Of a stretch of DNA of 64,000 nucleotides, positions 12,075-25,329 are shown in pieces. The position numbers and the translations under genes were made by a program. The notes below the pieces were generated by a model. It did no database searches, was not told the origin of the DNA, and saw only the letters and a program-made list of their open reading frames with translations. Position 1 is the first letter of the stretch. Each line of letters opens with the position of its first letter. Source of the stretch: Haliotis rufescens. Taxonomy: Eukaryota. The DNA lies in NCBI RefSeq assembly GCF_023055435.1, contig NW_025964360.1, positions 496,001 through 560,000 on the forward strand. The letters run 5' to 3'.

Positions 12075-12245
12075 CTTGCGTCCGCTGGGTTGTCCGGGCG
12101 GTGCACAACAACTGCTTGTACAATGTCAATGCATCAGTATTTATTAGACCACACAACAATGAATGTGATACCAAGCGGTTCTTCGCGGGAACAGTGTGAG
12201 TCAGACTCATGGCACGTTTAAATGAGGAAGTTGACCTTTATATAT
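12075..12245 (-). promoter_or_regulatory. TATA box (TATATAAA at about 12237-12244) and probable first exon (about 12210-12075) of the Cys-rich peptide gene
   Basis: Donor CAAG|gtaatg at 12074. An ATG at 12210 would be in frame with the next exon, so this exon is either 5' UTR or an N-terminal extension. Confidence 0.5.
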
Positions 12246-12719
12246 TATAACACTGATGCATCCGGTTTTTCAATCCTCGTTCATCTCCACCCTCATAAAC
12301 ACGATATTCATTATCCCGACGCCCACAATGTACCCCTTATTGTTATATTCGTCTATTTTTAACTCTGGGTTTCTGGAGGGGGTTATGCTTTGCTTCGACG
12401 AGACTCCCGATCGTGTCGTAACAACAGTACTACATGCTCGAAGAAATATCGTATACTTGAAAACTGACTTCCATATACATTTGCAATAATGGATCCATAT
12501 ACTACAAGAAAAACATTGATGCAGAGCATCAAAGTTCCCCGCCATATGTGATGCCTCACAAACGCATAATTATGATGTTACTGAAAGGCATGATGGAGCA
12601 TAATTATATTAACCACAAATAACACAACGCTGTTGTGGAAAAAAATATTATTTATTTTGAGTATTGGGCAATACAGTTGATACATTTGCATAGGGTAGGT
12701 CTGTTTAAAAATAGTTTCT

Positions 12720-12940
12720 TGTTTAACGCCGCACTCAGCATTATTCCAGCCATATGACGGAGGTCTCTAAATAATCCAGTCTGGACCAGATCATCCAGTG
12801 ATTGACACCAAGAGCATCGAACTACGCAATTGGAATATGATGTTATGCATCGACCAAATCGGCGAGCCTGACTACCCAATCCTGTTCGTCGCCTCTTACG
12901 GCAAGCATAGGTTGCTGAAGACCTATTCTTACCTGGGTCT
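12720..12940 (-). mobile_element. SINE-like family A, diverged
   Basis: Homology to other copies. Confidence 0.7.
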
Positions 12941-13414
12941 TTATTTAAAAAGTAGATCGAAGGAAATGGAAGCAATTTCTGGCACAAATGTAAACATGTG
13001 GAAATAGTATCAAAACTGCCAACAACATTGGCAGATGCACATACTCAAAAAATAGATCACATTCTTTTTACACTTAGCATTTGGCTATAATAATGTAAAT
13101 GAAAATACTAAGGGCTCCATATGGCAAAAAAAGTCATACTAGATAAGGTCTTTTTGTCACAACCACAGATGCACATACTCAAAATATTATCACGTAGTTG
13201 GAGAACATTTCAATACCGGGACTCATCAATAACGGATTACGTTTTTTGGTCAGTTTTTTGTGTGTATTTCTTTCTTTCAAAGAATAGTAATTGTGATCAT
13301 GATGAGTTAAGTTACTTGTTTTTTTCCTATATACTGTTTTTTATCCAGTGTCAGTAACTGTTGAATGTGGTTTACTTGTAACAATGACTGGTTTGAGTTC
13401 ATATGATGATGATT

Positions 13415-13566
13415 GATTGGTTTGTCGTTTAACGCCGCACTCAGCAATATCGCAGCTATATGACGGCGGTCTGTAAATAATCGAGTCTGGACCAGACAAT
13501 CCAGTGCCTAATATCATGAGCATCGATCCACGCAATTGGGATCGACGCCTCTTACGACAAGCATAG
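13415..13566 (-). mobile_element. SINE-like family A, internally deleted
   Basis: Homology to other copies. Confidence 0.7.
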
Positions 13567-13679
13567 TAGCCTGATATATATATACTGTTAAGATGTAACA
13601 TGACAATTCATCCATACTACTAAACAGAAGTAAAACCGCTTGTCCATTCGGATCAATCTGACCAAGACCATTCCGCTGA

Positions 13680-14135
13680 TGAGACAGTCAAATAATGCAT
13701 ACAATGCATACGAATCGAAATCCGTAAAAATTGCAATGGAGACATCATTAAAAGTTACCAAAAGTGACGGGGATATCAATATTGCTTTTTGAAATGATTC
13801 TATGAAATTTGTTTTCCCTGCTTCAATATTTGGAGCACCTGTGACGGAGCCATAAAACTGATCTGTTATGTAGACAATATCGCTTGAGGCAGTGGCTGCT
13901 GGGGACTGATTATGACCTAAATACTCCTCATAGCCTTCGGTGTTAACTTTGTGGCTGTAGAGAGCTGTGCCTTCATCCAACAGATTATCGAGGTCAGTGG
14001 AACACGGTACAGACGCAAATAGATTTGAGCTATGGGACACAAAATATATGAATGACCAGAGCTACGGCTGTACATTGAATTCGATTAAACGGTTTAAAAA
14101 AAATACTACAGCCTTGATGCAAATTCGCTGACACA
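13680..14135 (-). pseudogene. Frameshifted fragment resembling herpes-tegument-type (peptidase C76-like) cysteine protease domains carried by invertebrate mobile DNA
   Basis: ANLHQGCSIFFKPFNRIQCTAVAL (14119-14059), then after a frameshift DLDNLLDEGTALY...YALFD. The motif order HQG..QC / DLDxxLxxGxxLY / LFD fits that family. Confidence 0.4.
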
Positions 14136-14845
14136 CTACTCCGATTTTGCTTTGACTTTGCTACCAAATGTTTCACATGTGGTTATGTGCGGTGCACTGA
14201 TTAAAAAACACACACGGGGGACTGGGTTAATTCAAAATACGGAATATAACTATTCCAAATTTTTCCAGTGAACATGAGCATCCAAACAATCAAAAGTGTG
14301 GTATGTAGAATATGGAATTCAGCCATATTACATTTAAATTGAGATGTCGTCGTTGTTCATGAATAAGCACATTCAGAACATAATTTTTATTATGCTGTTA
14401 TTTACGATCTCCGGAGCACAGTTCTTCTTTTGTATATTCCGTGAAAATCAGAAAATTAGTCCTTGAGGAAAAAAGGACATCGGATTACACATGAATGGTT
14501 TAATAATGTCAGCTAATGACCAGAAACGGTCAGATGCATCAATTAACTACATAAAGACGATTTTGAAGTATCTCTTATTGCTGGAAAAGAATAGCATCAA
14601 CATTCGACGCACATGATTTGTATGTTTTGTTTCCGTAAATGCGTGGCTTGAAATTTCAAATAAACCAACATGTCGACATACATGCCACAAATTTAACGTT
14701 TCCCGTATCCTTCCCGGGGAAGAATAAAATGAGTCAAACGTTACAATTCATTATGAAAATAGATCTGTTCATATGAATTGGCAACAGACTATCTTCAGTT
14801 CAACAATTGCATGTTTGCGACTAACTACGACCCAATGTCATTAAG

Positions 14846-15323
14846 ATCAGATCTTAGTTCTCGCTATGCTAAATAGAGATCTTAGGACATCCCATTAAGG
14901 GTCACGTCAGAACGACCTTTCATCCAACCAATCAGAGCGTCGCTTATCATGAAAGTGACAGTTGGAATGTGCTTTCTAATCATGCAACCAGGAAATAGTT
15001 TACAGAGGGTATTCCGAACAACAGTTACGGGTTTTATGATCATATCCATCCAATCTTTGCCATCTATAAGCCATTCCAGAATGTTCTTCTTGTCAGTTTT
15101 ATTTTTTTTACACGAGAAAACGTCAGAATATGTTTCGAAACGTAGTCGCCAGTTTGAAACTAGAGTCGTAAAGCACGAGAAAGCTGCCTTCTGATTGGCT
15201 AATGTAGATTTCTTGTCAGTAATTTCATTGGTCGCTCAAAATTGGCGAAAGGTCGGTCTGACGTGACCCGTTATGGGATGTCCTCAGATCTTTGTTGAGC
15301 GGTAGCGAGAACTAAGATCTGAT
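14846..15323. mobile_element. About 480-bp non-autonomous DNA transposon (MITE) with about 75-bp imperfect TIRs
   Basis: atcagatcttagttctcgcta...gggtcacgtcagaacgacctttc versus gaaaggtcggtctgacgtgaccc...tagcgagaactaagatctgat. Confidence 0.8.
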
Positions 15324-15357
15324 TTTTTTGATTGACTACAACCTTAAGCTCACAGAC

Positions 15358-18300
15358 CGCTACTTCACTACCTGCCTACTCCACGACACGCCTACTCCAC
15401 TACCCGCCGCCTACTCCACTACCCGCCGCCTACTCCACTACCCGCCGCCTACTCCACTATCCGCCGCCTACTCCACTACCCACCACCTACTCCACTACCC
15501 GCAGCCTACTCCACCACCCGTTGCCTACTCCACCACCCGTCGCCTACTCCACCACCCGTCGCCTACTCTACTACCCGTAGCCTACTCCACTACCCGCAGC
15601 CTACTCCACTATCCGCAGCCTATTCCACCATCCGCCGCCTACTCCACCAACCGCCGCCTTCTCCACTAACCGTCACCTACTCCACCACCCGTCGCCTACT
15701 CCACCACCCGCCTAATCCACTACCCGCCGCCTACTCCACTACCCGTCGCCTACTCCACCACCCGCCTACTCCACAACACGTCGCCTACTACACTACCCGT
15801 CGCCTACTCCACTACCCACCGCCTACATCACAACCGGTCAACTACTTCACTACCCGCCACCTACTCCACCACCCGTCGCCTACTCCACCACCCGTTGCCT
15901 ACTCTACTACCCGCCGCCTACACCACTACCAGTCAACTACTCCACTACCCGCCAGCTACTCCACCTCCCGCCGCCTACACCACTACCGGTCAACTACTCC
16001 ACTACCCGCCACCTACTCCACCACCCGCCGCCTACTCCACCAACCGCCGCCTTCTCCACTACCCGCCACCTACTCCACCATCCGCCGCCTACTCCACCAC
16101 CCGTCGCCTACTCCACCACCCGTCGCCTACTCCACCACCCCCCGCCTACTCCACCAACCGCCGCCTTCTCCACCACCCGTGGCCTACTCCACTACCCGCC
16201 ACCTACTCCACTACCCGCCGCCTACTCCACCACCCGTCGCCTACTCCACCATCCGCCGCCTGCTCCACCACCCGCCGCCTACTCCACCACCCGTCGCCTA
16301 CTCCACCACCCGCCGCCTGCTCCACCACCCGTCCCCTACTCCACCACCCGCCGCCTACTCCACCACCCGTCGCCTACTCCACCACCCGTCGCCTACTCCA
16401 CCACCCGCCGCCTACTCCACCACCCGTCGCCTACTCCACCACCCGTCGCCTACTCCACCACCCGCCTCCAAATCCACCACCCGTCGACAACTCCACCACC
16501 CGCCGCCTACTCCACCACCCGCCTACTCCACCACCCGTCGCCTACTCCACCACCCGTCGCCTACTCCACCACCCGTCGCCTACTCCACCACCCGCCGCCT
16601 ACTCCACCAACCGCCGCCTTCTCCACCACCCGTGGCCTACTCCACTACCCGCCACCTCCTCCACTACCCGCCGCCTACTCCACCACCCGTCGCCTACTCC
16701 ACCGGCCGCCGCCTGCTCCACCACCCGTCGCCTTCTCCACTACCCGCCACCTACTCTACTACCCGCCACCTACTCCACCATCCGCCGCCTGCTCCACCAA
16801 CCGCCGCCTTCTCCACTACCCACCACCTGCTCCACCACCCGTCGCCTACTCCACCACCCGTCGCCTACTCCACCACCCGCCGCCTGCTCCACCACCGCCT
16901 GCTCCACCACCCGTCGCCTACTCCACCACCCGCCGCCTACTCCACCACCCGCCGCATACTCCACCACCCGCCTACTCCACCACCCGTCGCCTACTCCACC
17001 ACCCGCCGCCTACTCCACCACCCGCCGCCTGCTCCACCACCCGCCGCCTACTCCACCACCCGTCGCCTACTCCACCACCCGTCGCCTACTCCACCACCCG
17101 CCACCTACTCCACCAACCGCCGCCTTCTCCACTACCCACCACCTACTCCACTACCCGCCACCTACTCCACCAACCGCCGCCTTCTCCACTACCCGCCACC
17201 TACTCCACCACCCGTCGCCTACTCCACCACCCGTCGCCTACTCCACCACCCGTCGCCTACTCCACCACCCGTCGCCTACTCCACCACCCGCCGCCTACTC
17301 CACTACCGGTCACCTACTCCACTACACGCCACCTACTCCACTACCCGCCACCCACTCCACTAACCGCCACCTAATCCACCACCCGCCACCTACTCCACTA
17401 CCCGCTACCTACTCCACTACCCGCCACCTACTCCACTACCCGCCACCTACTCCACTACCCGCCACCTACTCCACTACACGCCACCTACTCCACTACCCCC
17501 CGCCTACTCCACTACACGCCACCTACTCCACTACCCGCCACCTACTCCACTACCCGCCACCTACTCCACTACCAACAGCCTACTCCACTACCCGCCACCT
17601 ACTCCACTACACGCCACCTACTCCACTACCCGCCACCTACTCCACTACCCGCTACCTACTCCACTACCCGCCACCTAATCCACTACCCGCCACCTACTCC
17701 ACTACCAACAGCCTACTCCACTACCCGCCACCTACTCCACTACCCGCTACCTACTCCACTACCCGCCACCTACTCCACTACCCGCCACCTACTCCACTAC
17801 CCGCCACCTACTCCACTACCCGCCACCTAATCCACTACCCGCCACCTACTCCACTACCCGCCACCTACTCCACTACACGCCACCTACTCCACCACCCGCC
17901 ACCTACTCCACTACCCGCCACCTACTCCACTACCCACCACCTACTCCACTACCCACCACTTACTCCACTACCCGCCACCTACTCCACTACCCACCACCTA
18001 CTCCACTACCCGCCACCTACTCCACTACACTTCATCTACTCCACTACCCACATCCTACTCCACTACCCGCCACCTACTCCACTACACGCCACCTACTCCA
18101 CTACCCGCCACCTACTCCACTACCCGCCATCTACTCCACTACACGCCACCTACTCCACTACCCGCCACCTACTCCACTACCCACCACCTACTCCACTACC
18201 CGCCACCTACTCCACTACACTTCATCTACTCCACTACCCGCCACCTACTCCACTACACTTCATCTACTCCACTACCCACATCCTACTCCACTACCCGCCA

Positions 18301-18668
18301 CCTACTCCACTACACGCCACCTACTCCACTACACGCCACCTACTCCACTACCTACCATCTACTCCACTACCCGCCACCTACACTACTACCCGCCACCTAC
18401 TCCACTACCCACATCCTACTCCACTGCCCACATCCTACTCCACTACCCGCCATCTACTCCACTACCCGCCACCTACTTCACTACACGCCACCTACTCCAC
18501 TACCTACCATCTATTCCACTACCCGCCACCTACACTACTACCCGCCACCTACTCCACTACCCACATCCTACTCCACTACCCACATCCTACTCCACTACCC
18601 ACATCCTACTCCACTACCCACAGCCTACTCCACTACGCGCCACCTACTCCACTACGCGCCACCTACTA
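15358..18668. repeat. 3.3-kb 19-bp minisatellite (ctactccactacccgccgc and variants), extremely C-rich on the plus strand
   Basis: Unit length 19; variants drift along the array (ccgtcgcc-type, then ccgccacc-type). Confidence 0.95.
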
Positions 18669-18903
18669 AGGTGGGGTGTAGGTGCCATAATATGAAGCCG
18701 TTTACAGTGCAGTTTCATTATGAAATCATAAAGAATAATCTGCAACCAGAATGACCACCTGTTCCACTAAAGTGAGTCTCTTTCTTACGATCAGATTAGT
18801 ACGGTAATATATTTCTGGGTCCAATAGTTACAAAATAGCTACTGCGGGGATTCCGGGTCCTTGTCCCCCTCACTTATCGTAAGAGTCGTTTTAAATGGGG
18901 ATA

Positions 18904-19051
18904 CAGTTAACTACGTAATAACGAACTCAAAGGGACCATTAATGTTAATTCGTTATAACCGTAGTTCGTTATAAGCATAGGTACAACAAATATACAGTAA
19001 ATGGACGGGACCAAGAGATAGTTGGTTTCATCCGTCAGTTCGTTATACTGT
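18904..19051. mobile_element. MITE, diverged copy of the 175-bp family
   Basis: cagttaactacgtaataacgaactcaaagggacc...gttcgttatactg. Confidence 0.7.
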
Positions 19052-19219
19052 AGTGTCTTCCCGTGGATTCCGATGCCGTGGGGCGTTGTTCTTCTCATCA
19101 ACCACTAGTTTGTCCGATTCGACTATTTTCAGGCCCCCTGATAGAGCTGAAATATTGCTTAGTTTCATAATTCACAATTTATACAAAATATCTCATTCAC
19201 AACACACACTTAAGATCAA

Positions 19220-19550
19220 CCTCCTCCGTGGTCTACAGGTAGAGCGTCTGCCCGGAGAGCGGAAGGTCCGGGGTTCGATCCCCGACCGCGTCATAATAAA
19301 AGACGTTAACAGATGGTACTTGTTGTTACCCTGTCTGGCGCTCGGCATTAAGGGGATAAAACAAGGACTGGTCGGCCCGGAGTCATTTTACTGTGTCTGA
19401 GTCGGGTATTCATGTTAAACTGCGGCATTGTATCTCAGTGGGCTAGCAATATAAATCGGCATCAGTCCGGACTAGTACAAGCAGCCACACACACACGAAC
19501 ATGCACGTCGCTATATAAGTGCAATAATCTTGACGCGACGTAAAACCCAT
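19220..19550 (+). mobile_element. tRNA-derived SINE family C
   Basis: A/B-box-like head (gtggtctacaggtagagc...gggttcgatcccc) and shared body. Confidence 0.85.
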
Positions 19551-20411
19551 TATCATATAATGGGTAGGTTTCTCGGCGGGATAAAGCCAACGTATAAAAA
19601 CGATAACCGTTGGGGTCATATGCGGATAGAGATGCAAATATCAAAGGTCAAGTAGGGACTACTTTCATTGTTTATAAACAAACATGGCGTCGCCCTTGTC
19701 ATTCGACGATCGAGTCAGAATTAACCATCGGGAATCTGGATAAACTACAGAGATAATTGCTATCATTATCAAAAGAACAGTCTGATATACTGAAAATCAG
19801 TGTCTAACTGTGACGTAGCGAAGGCATTTTATAAGTTTTGGCAACTTTGGAGAAACAATTTTGCGAGGGCACGAGGCCTAGCCAAGCGGAATCAGTAGCC
19901 ATATCTGTGCTTGTAAGTTGTAGACCTCTGCGGCTTGAAACCTTCTCCACAAATTAAAATAGTTGGATTTGGCCGAAATATGTTTTTGAATTGTTACCTT
20001 GTTCCGTTTTGTCGCTATGTGTACATCTGACTACACTGCTTAACGTTATGACAGGACAGACCGACTGTCAACAACGTCTGACTGTGGCCATGACGTCTCA
20101 TAGACTAGCTTTAGAGTAGCTTCCCTTTGACAAAGGGCAGTTACTCTAGCGGACAGACCGATGATTGCCGCGAAAGGCAATTATAAACAATTGTCGTTTT
20201 GCGTATATGTTGCTTCGCCACTGTATAAGAAACAGATTTCAGTTGGAACTATATTGGCTACTGTCACTGTCCGACTGACACATCACTTACCCTGTGACGT
20301 AATAAATATTAATGCGCGCATTCCAGGAAAACTCGCAATGTTTCGGTAATGTTTATGAGAGAGGGAAAGCGATTTTGAAGCACAGAATTAAAGAATGACA
20401 ATATATGATAA

Positions 20412-20563
20412 AGAGGTTATCACGCTTGTGTGTTTGGGGATGGTAAATATCCTGTATTAGGAATAAACACTATGTATTTAGCTCGCCAAGGCTCGCTAAA
20501 TACAATGTTTATTCCTAATGCAGGATATTTACCATCCCCAAACACACTCGCGTGATAACCTCT
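20412..20563. mobile_element. 152-bp near-perfect palindromic (foldback) MITE
   Basis: agaggttatcacgc...ggggatggtaaatatcctgtattaggaataaaca versus tgtttattcctaatgcaggatatttaccatcccc...gcgtgataacctct. Related half copies at about 8685-8760 and 21141-21250. Confidence 0.8.
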
Positions 20564-21354
20564 ATTTTCACCTCACTTAAGATCAAAACCAGTCTCGTTT
20601 AAAGCCGGTTACAGGTTCCTAAGAAAATTTAAAAAACTTAAGGAAAAAAACCGGATGTACGAGCACAACGCTCTTTCTTCGAATTCCCCGCAGGGCAATG
20701 ACGAATTGCACTGAACGCTCTCTTGAATCCCGCCTGACAGCGAATTGTAGATCTTCCCTTGAAACATCGAGTCATTTTCCCGAGAATAACTGGCGTGCCC
20801 ACATCATTCACGGTTGTCTGAACACGCTCTGTTAAACGAGCAATAAACCCACATTGTGAATTGTTATTTCACCATATAGAGTGATGGGTTTGGATCGTTG
20901 GCTAAGAAATGTCGACCACGCGATATTTTAAGAATGTGGCAGTATCTGTTTGACCGACAACAAAGACCTGTTGTCTTCTCACTGACATTGAGTTAATCGA
21001 TGTTCGGGTACCAACATTCAGGTTACTTCAACTAACGTATCATTTTCAACATTTACACTGGGTAGCGCCACGCAACAATACACTGCGTCACGGCACAGCT
21101 CCAATACAAGAATACGATGTATCGTTACACTGTTAATACATAGAGGTTATCACGCGAGGTTATTTTGGGCTATGAATATCCTGTAATAAAGATAGACATT
21201 TTATTTGACGAGTCTTGGCGAGTTTAATACTTGGTGTCTATTCCTAAGGTATGCAGCATGGCCGAGATTCAAACGTTTGAATTTTACTTTACCGTTCTTG
21301 TTTAGTGTATATGTTAGAGACAATTTATAAAATGACTGACATTTTCACTAAGTA

Positions 21355-21670
21355 ATTTTAGAGCGTCCGCCCGGAGAGCGGAAGGGTTCCGGGTTTCGAT
21401 CCCCAACCGCTTCATATCAAAATGTTACTTGTTGTTACCCTGTCTGGCGCTCGGAATGGAGGGGCTAAAACAAGGACTGGTCGGCTCGGAGTCAGCATAC
21501 TGTGTCTGAGTGGGGTATTCATGTTAAACTGCGGCATGGTATCTCAGTGAGCTAGCACTATAAATCAGCATCAGTCTGGGCTAGTACAAGCAGCCACACT
21601 CACACACGTGTGTATGCAAGCCGCTCTATAAGTGCAATAATCTCACGACGTAATACGCGACGTTAAACCC
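21355..21670 (+). mobile_element. SINE family C
   Basis: Homology to 19220-19550. Confidence 0.8.
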
Positions 21671-22157
21671 CATTTCACCCAACAAAGCAATTTACAAAAT
21701 GCCGAAATATTTCACTCGGTTTACACTTATTTTTATCAATTATTATATTATGAAAACGAATTCCAATATTTTTATCACCCAGTTATTGGAAAAGATAGGA
21801 TGAGAATAAATCAATGCAAAATTTAATTTATTTTTGGCTTCTAATGCCAGCATAATTAGTTTATTGGGATGTTTTTAAGCCCTTTTGAACTTCTAAATAA
21901 CTTACATAATTGTAAAATGACTGAAATATGTTGGCATTTTGTAAACTGTCTTTGTGAAAGTCAAAGCTGTTTTACACGTTGCCTGATTTTACAAATTGAC
22001 TGTGACATATACACATTCGAATTAGTTTACGATCTTCAAATTAAAACGGTTATTTCTTGTTATAATTATAGAAGCCGCATTGTCACACAATTAACAGGAA
22101 CTAATTACCAATGAGTATGCGTGGGAATGAGAGTTTCACTATTCAGGCGCAACCGGA

Positions 22158-23253
22158 GTTTGAACCAGTTTGCGTTGAGCGTGTCGACATTTCGAACCAG
22201 TTTGCGTTTAGCGTGTCGACAGTTCGAACCAGTTTGCGTTTAGCGTGTCGATAGTTCGACCCAGTTTGCGTTTAGCGTGTCGACAGTTTGAACCAGTTTG
22301 CGTTTAGCGTGTCGACAGTTTGAACCAGTTTGCGTTTAGCGTGTCGACAGTTCGAACCAGTTTGCGTTTAGCGTGTCGACAGTTCGAACCAGTTTAAGTT
22401 TAGCGTGTCGACAGTTCGAGCCAGCTTACGTTTAACGTTTCGACAGTTCGAGCAAGCTTACGTTTAGCGTGTCGACAGTTCGAACCAGCTTACGTTTAAC
22501 GCTTCGACAGTTCGAACCAGCTTACATTTAGCATGTCGACAGTTCGAACCAGCTAACATTTAGCGTGTCGACAGTTCGAACCAGCTTACATTTAGCGTGT
22601 CGACAGTTCGAGCCAGCTTACGTTTAGCGTGTTGACAGTTCGAACCAGTTTTTACGTTTAACGTTTTTACAGTTCGAACCAGCTTTTACGTTTAGCGTGT
22701 CGACAGTTCGAACCAGCTTACGTTTATCGTGTCGACAGTTCGAGCCAGCTTACGTTTAGCGTGTCGACAGTTCGAACCAGCTTACGTTTATCGTGTCGAC
22801 ACTTCGAACCAGCTTACGTTTATCGTGTTTGCAGTTCCAGGCAGATTACGTTTAGCGAGACGACAGTTCGAACCAGCTTACATTTAGCGTGTCGACAGTT
22901 CGAGCCAGCTTACGTTTATCGTGTAACAGTTCGAACCAGCTTACGTTTATCGTGTCGACACTTCGAACCAGCTTACGTTTATCGTGTTGGCAGTTCCTGG
23001 CAGATTACGTTTAGCGAGACGACAGTTCGAACCAGCTTACATTTAGCGTGTCGACAGTTCGAGCCAGCTTACATTTAGCGTGTCGACAGTTCGAACCAGC
23101 TTTTACGGTTGACGTTTCGACAGTTCGAACCAGCTTTTACGTTTAGTGTGTCGACAGTTCGAAGCAGCTTACGTTTATCGTGTTGACAGTTCGAACCAGC
23201 TCACGTTTATCGTGTCGACAGTTCGAACCAGCTTACGTTTAGCGTGTCGACAG
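22158..23253. repeat. 32-bp tandem minisatellite (gtgtcgacagttcgaaccagcttacgtttagc)
   Basis: About 34 units; second array at 28737-29060. Confidence 0.95.
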
Positions 23254-23393
23254 TAACGAAAACGCTCTTTTCGTCCATCAAAGTGTGGGTAACAAATAAA
23301 ATGTTACACTCGTTCTCGTAAGATACTATATACTTTTACGAAAAGCGTGAACTTTCTGTGTTATCTTAAAAGAACAAGTGCACTCTCATTGTA

Positions 23394-23566
23394 CAGTAAA
23401 CTACGTTTAAAACGAACACGCTTATAACGAAATGACGGATATCACGAAATTAGTCTTTTTGTCCCTACCATTTGTTGTACTTGTGCTGTATATGTTTATA
23501 ACGAACAACGGTTATAACGAACTGAAATTAGTGATCACTTTGAGTTCGTTATAACCGTAGTTTATG
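23394..23566. mobile_element. MITE, 175-bp family
   Basis: ta|cagtaaactacgttt...gttataaccgtagttta. Confidence 0.8.
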
Positions 23567-23999
23567 TAACCGTATGCTGTTTTCGATTATACCATAGTTT
23601 TAGGGGGAGAGTATATATTTTCATTGCGATGTCTATACAGAAATGACGTAAAGTGAAAGTATATTTGCTCGATGACAAAGTCCAGAACAGGCATACTCAA
23701 ATTGGACAGTTACTTGTTTTATCAATTTATTTTCTCTTATAAAAAAAACAGTTATAAATGGGATCCATTTTCACATTGTTGTTGGATTATGCATGGAATA
23801 TTTCGACTGCATTTTTTGGTGCTACCAATCGGCTGTAGTAGAATGCTCGCGAAGGGCCCTACCAGCAATGTATACAGAAACAGTCATGTATATGAAAGTA
23901 CATAAAAGCCACAAAACCCATTCCATATTCATAAGAAATATCTGCCAAAGCAGAGTCGATTGAATGATTCCAACTTTATGTGTTTGTGTTTACGAATAA

Positions 24000-24340
24000 C
24001 TATCAAAGAGTGATGATACCAGGTGTTCGCGAAAGGATAAGCGTATCCTGCCCCACGGTAGGCACCCTTCACAAACACATGCAAAGGCAAGTTAACTGTT
24101 CACTTGAAAAATAGCGTCAAAAAATCAAAATAGGGAATTGTATTGAACGTTATTTTTGTCCATGATGTCAAATTTGGAATGTGCTCCACGTGTCTACCAT
24201 ATGTTTTTAAGCTTTACTGAGGCCTTGAATATTGAAACCTTGATCAAACTGCTTTTGAGCAAGAGTCATATGACGCTCTTGCTTCGTAGAAAGAGAAAGC
24301 TCGAATTTCCTGTCTACTTTGTGACATCAACGTCCATTGT
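24000..24340 (-). mobile_element. Degraded Penelope-like retroelement fragment
   Basis: Similar to 28027-28155 (aatttggaatgtgctccac...tttactgaggccttgaatattg). Confidence 0.5.
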
Positions 24341-24730
24341 GGTGTGGGTATTTATATACCAATTATACACTTGTACTAGGAATTTTATAATTTAAAAAAT
24401 AATTGATGGGTTATTATGAAATTGAAAGAAATGGGTACTACAATACAGCTTAATTTTGGGGAATTCATAGTAAATTGGTAATTACAAAAAAGTATTTGTT
24501 GGAAACTAATCCCGGTTTGTATTGTTTGTCCTTTCTTTGCTTTTGAAGAAAACTATGTGACCCTGTGAGTGAATGACTTACACATATAAACCCCTATAAT
24601 TTTGTAACTATTTATCATTTATGTTATTCTGTAGAACGTATACTCTGGTCATGAAGAATTAAACGATTAAAAGATACTATTGTGTGAATCCATCAATTAA
24701 AGGGTGTTCTTGTAGCTTCCTAGTACATAT

Positions 24731-24896
24731 GGGCTGTCGGGTAGCCAAGTGGTTAAAGCGTTCGCTCGTCACGCCGAAGACCCGGGTTCGATTCCCGACA
24801 TGGGTACAATGTGTGAAGCCCATTTCTGGTGTCCCCCGCCGTGATATTGCTGGAATATTGCTAAAAGCGGCGTAAAACCATACTCACTCACTCACT
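24731..24896 (+). mobile_element. tRNA-derived SINE family B, full length, TSD cctagtacatat(g)
   Basis: A box tagccaagtgg, B box ggttcgattcc, (ACTC)n tail, flanking direct repeat. Confidence 0.9.
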
Positions 24897-25329
24897 CCTA
24901 GTACATATGTGACGAACCATGAGAAGAGGGATCTTATGGGTGAACAATCACATTTCTACTTATTATATCAAAAACTAGAGTATCTGAGGACCACAAGCAC
25001 ATAAATGCATTTGATAAGCTTCAATTCATATTTATTAGACACACACGGCATCAAACATTTGGACTAATTTCCTGCAAAGTCCCATGTTCAGACTTATAAC
25101 TGATTATTCAATAATTGCAGTTTTTAGATATAATGTCTGATTAATTGAAAGTTGACATGTATGCTGAATGCTTTGAAATAATGTTTTTAAAACAGTACGA
25201 ACAAGGGAAAAATACAATAATTTCTTTACGTGAAATTACACACGTGACGATTTTTACAGATGTTAGTTGAGGTCAAACAGCTTTCTTTATGACTTCAAAG
25301 CACAATTGTATCCTAGCGCCCATAAGGTT

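Noticed and set aside
15895-18669. 924-aa Pro/Thr/His-rich ORF resembling an extensin or mucin
   Set aside because: It is the translation of a 19-bp minisatellite. The unit is not a multiple of 3, so all frames give the same peptide, and the ORF begins at a non-ATG codon.
22158-23253. Regular 32-, 42- and 56-bp arrays as CRISPR arrays
   Set aside because: Units are head-to-tail with no unique spacers, there are no cas genes, and the context is eukaryotic.
24731-24802. tRNA genes (also 55330-55400, 19220-19290 and family D heads)
   Set aside because: The tRNA-like heads continue into shared SINE bodies with simple-repeat tails and TSDs.
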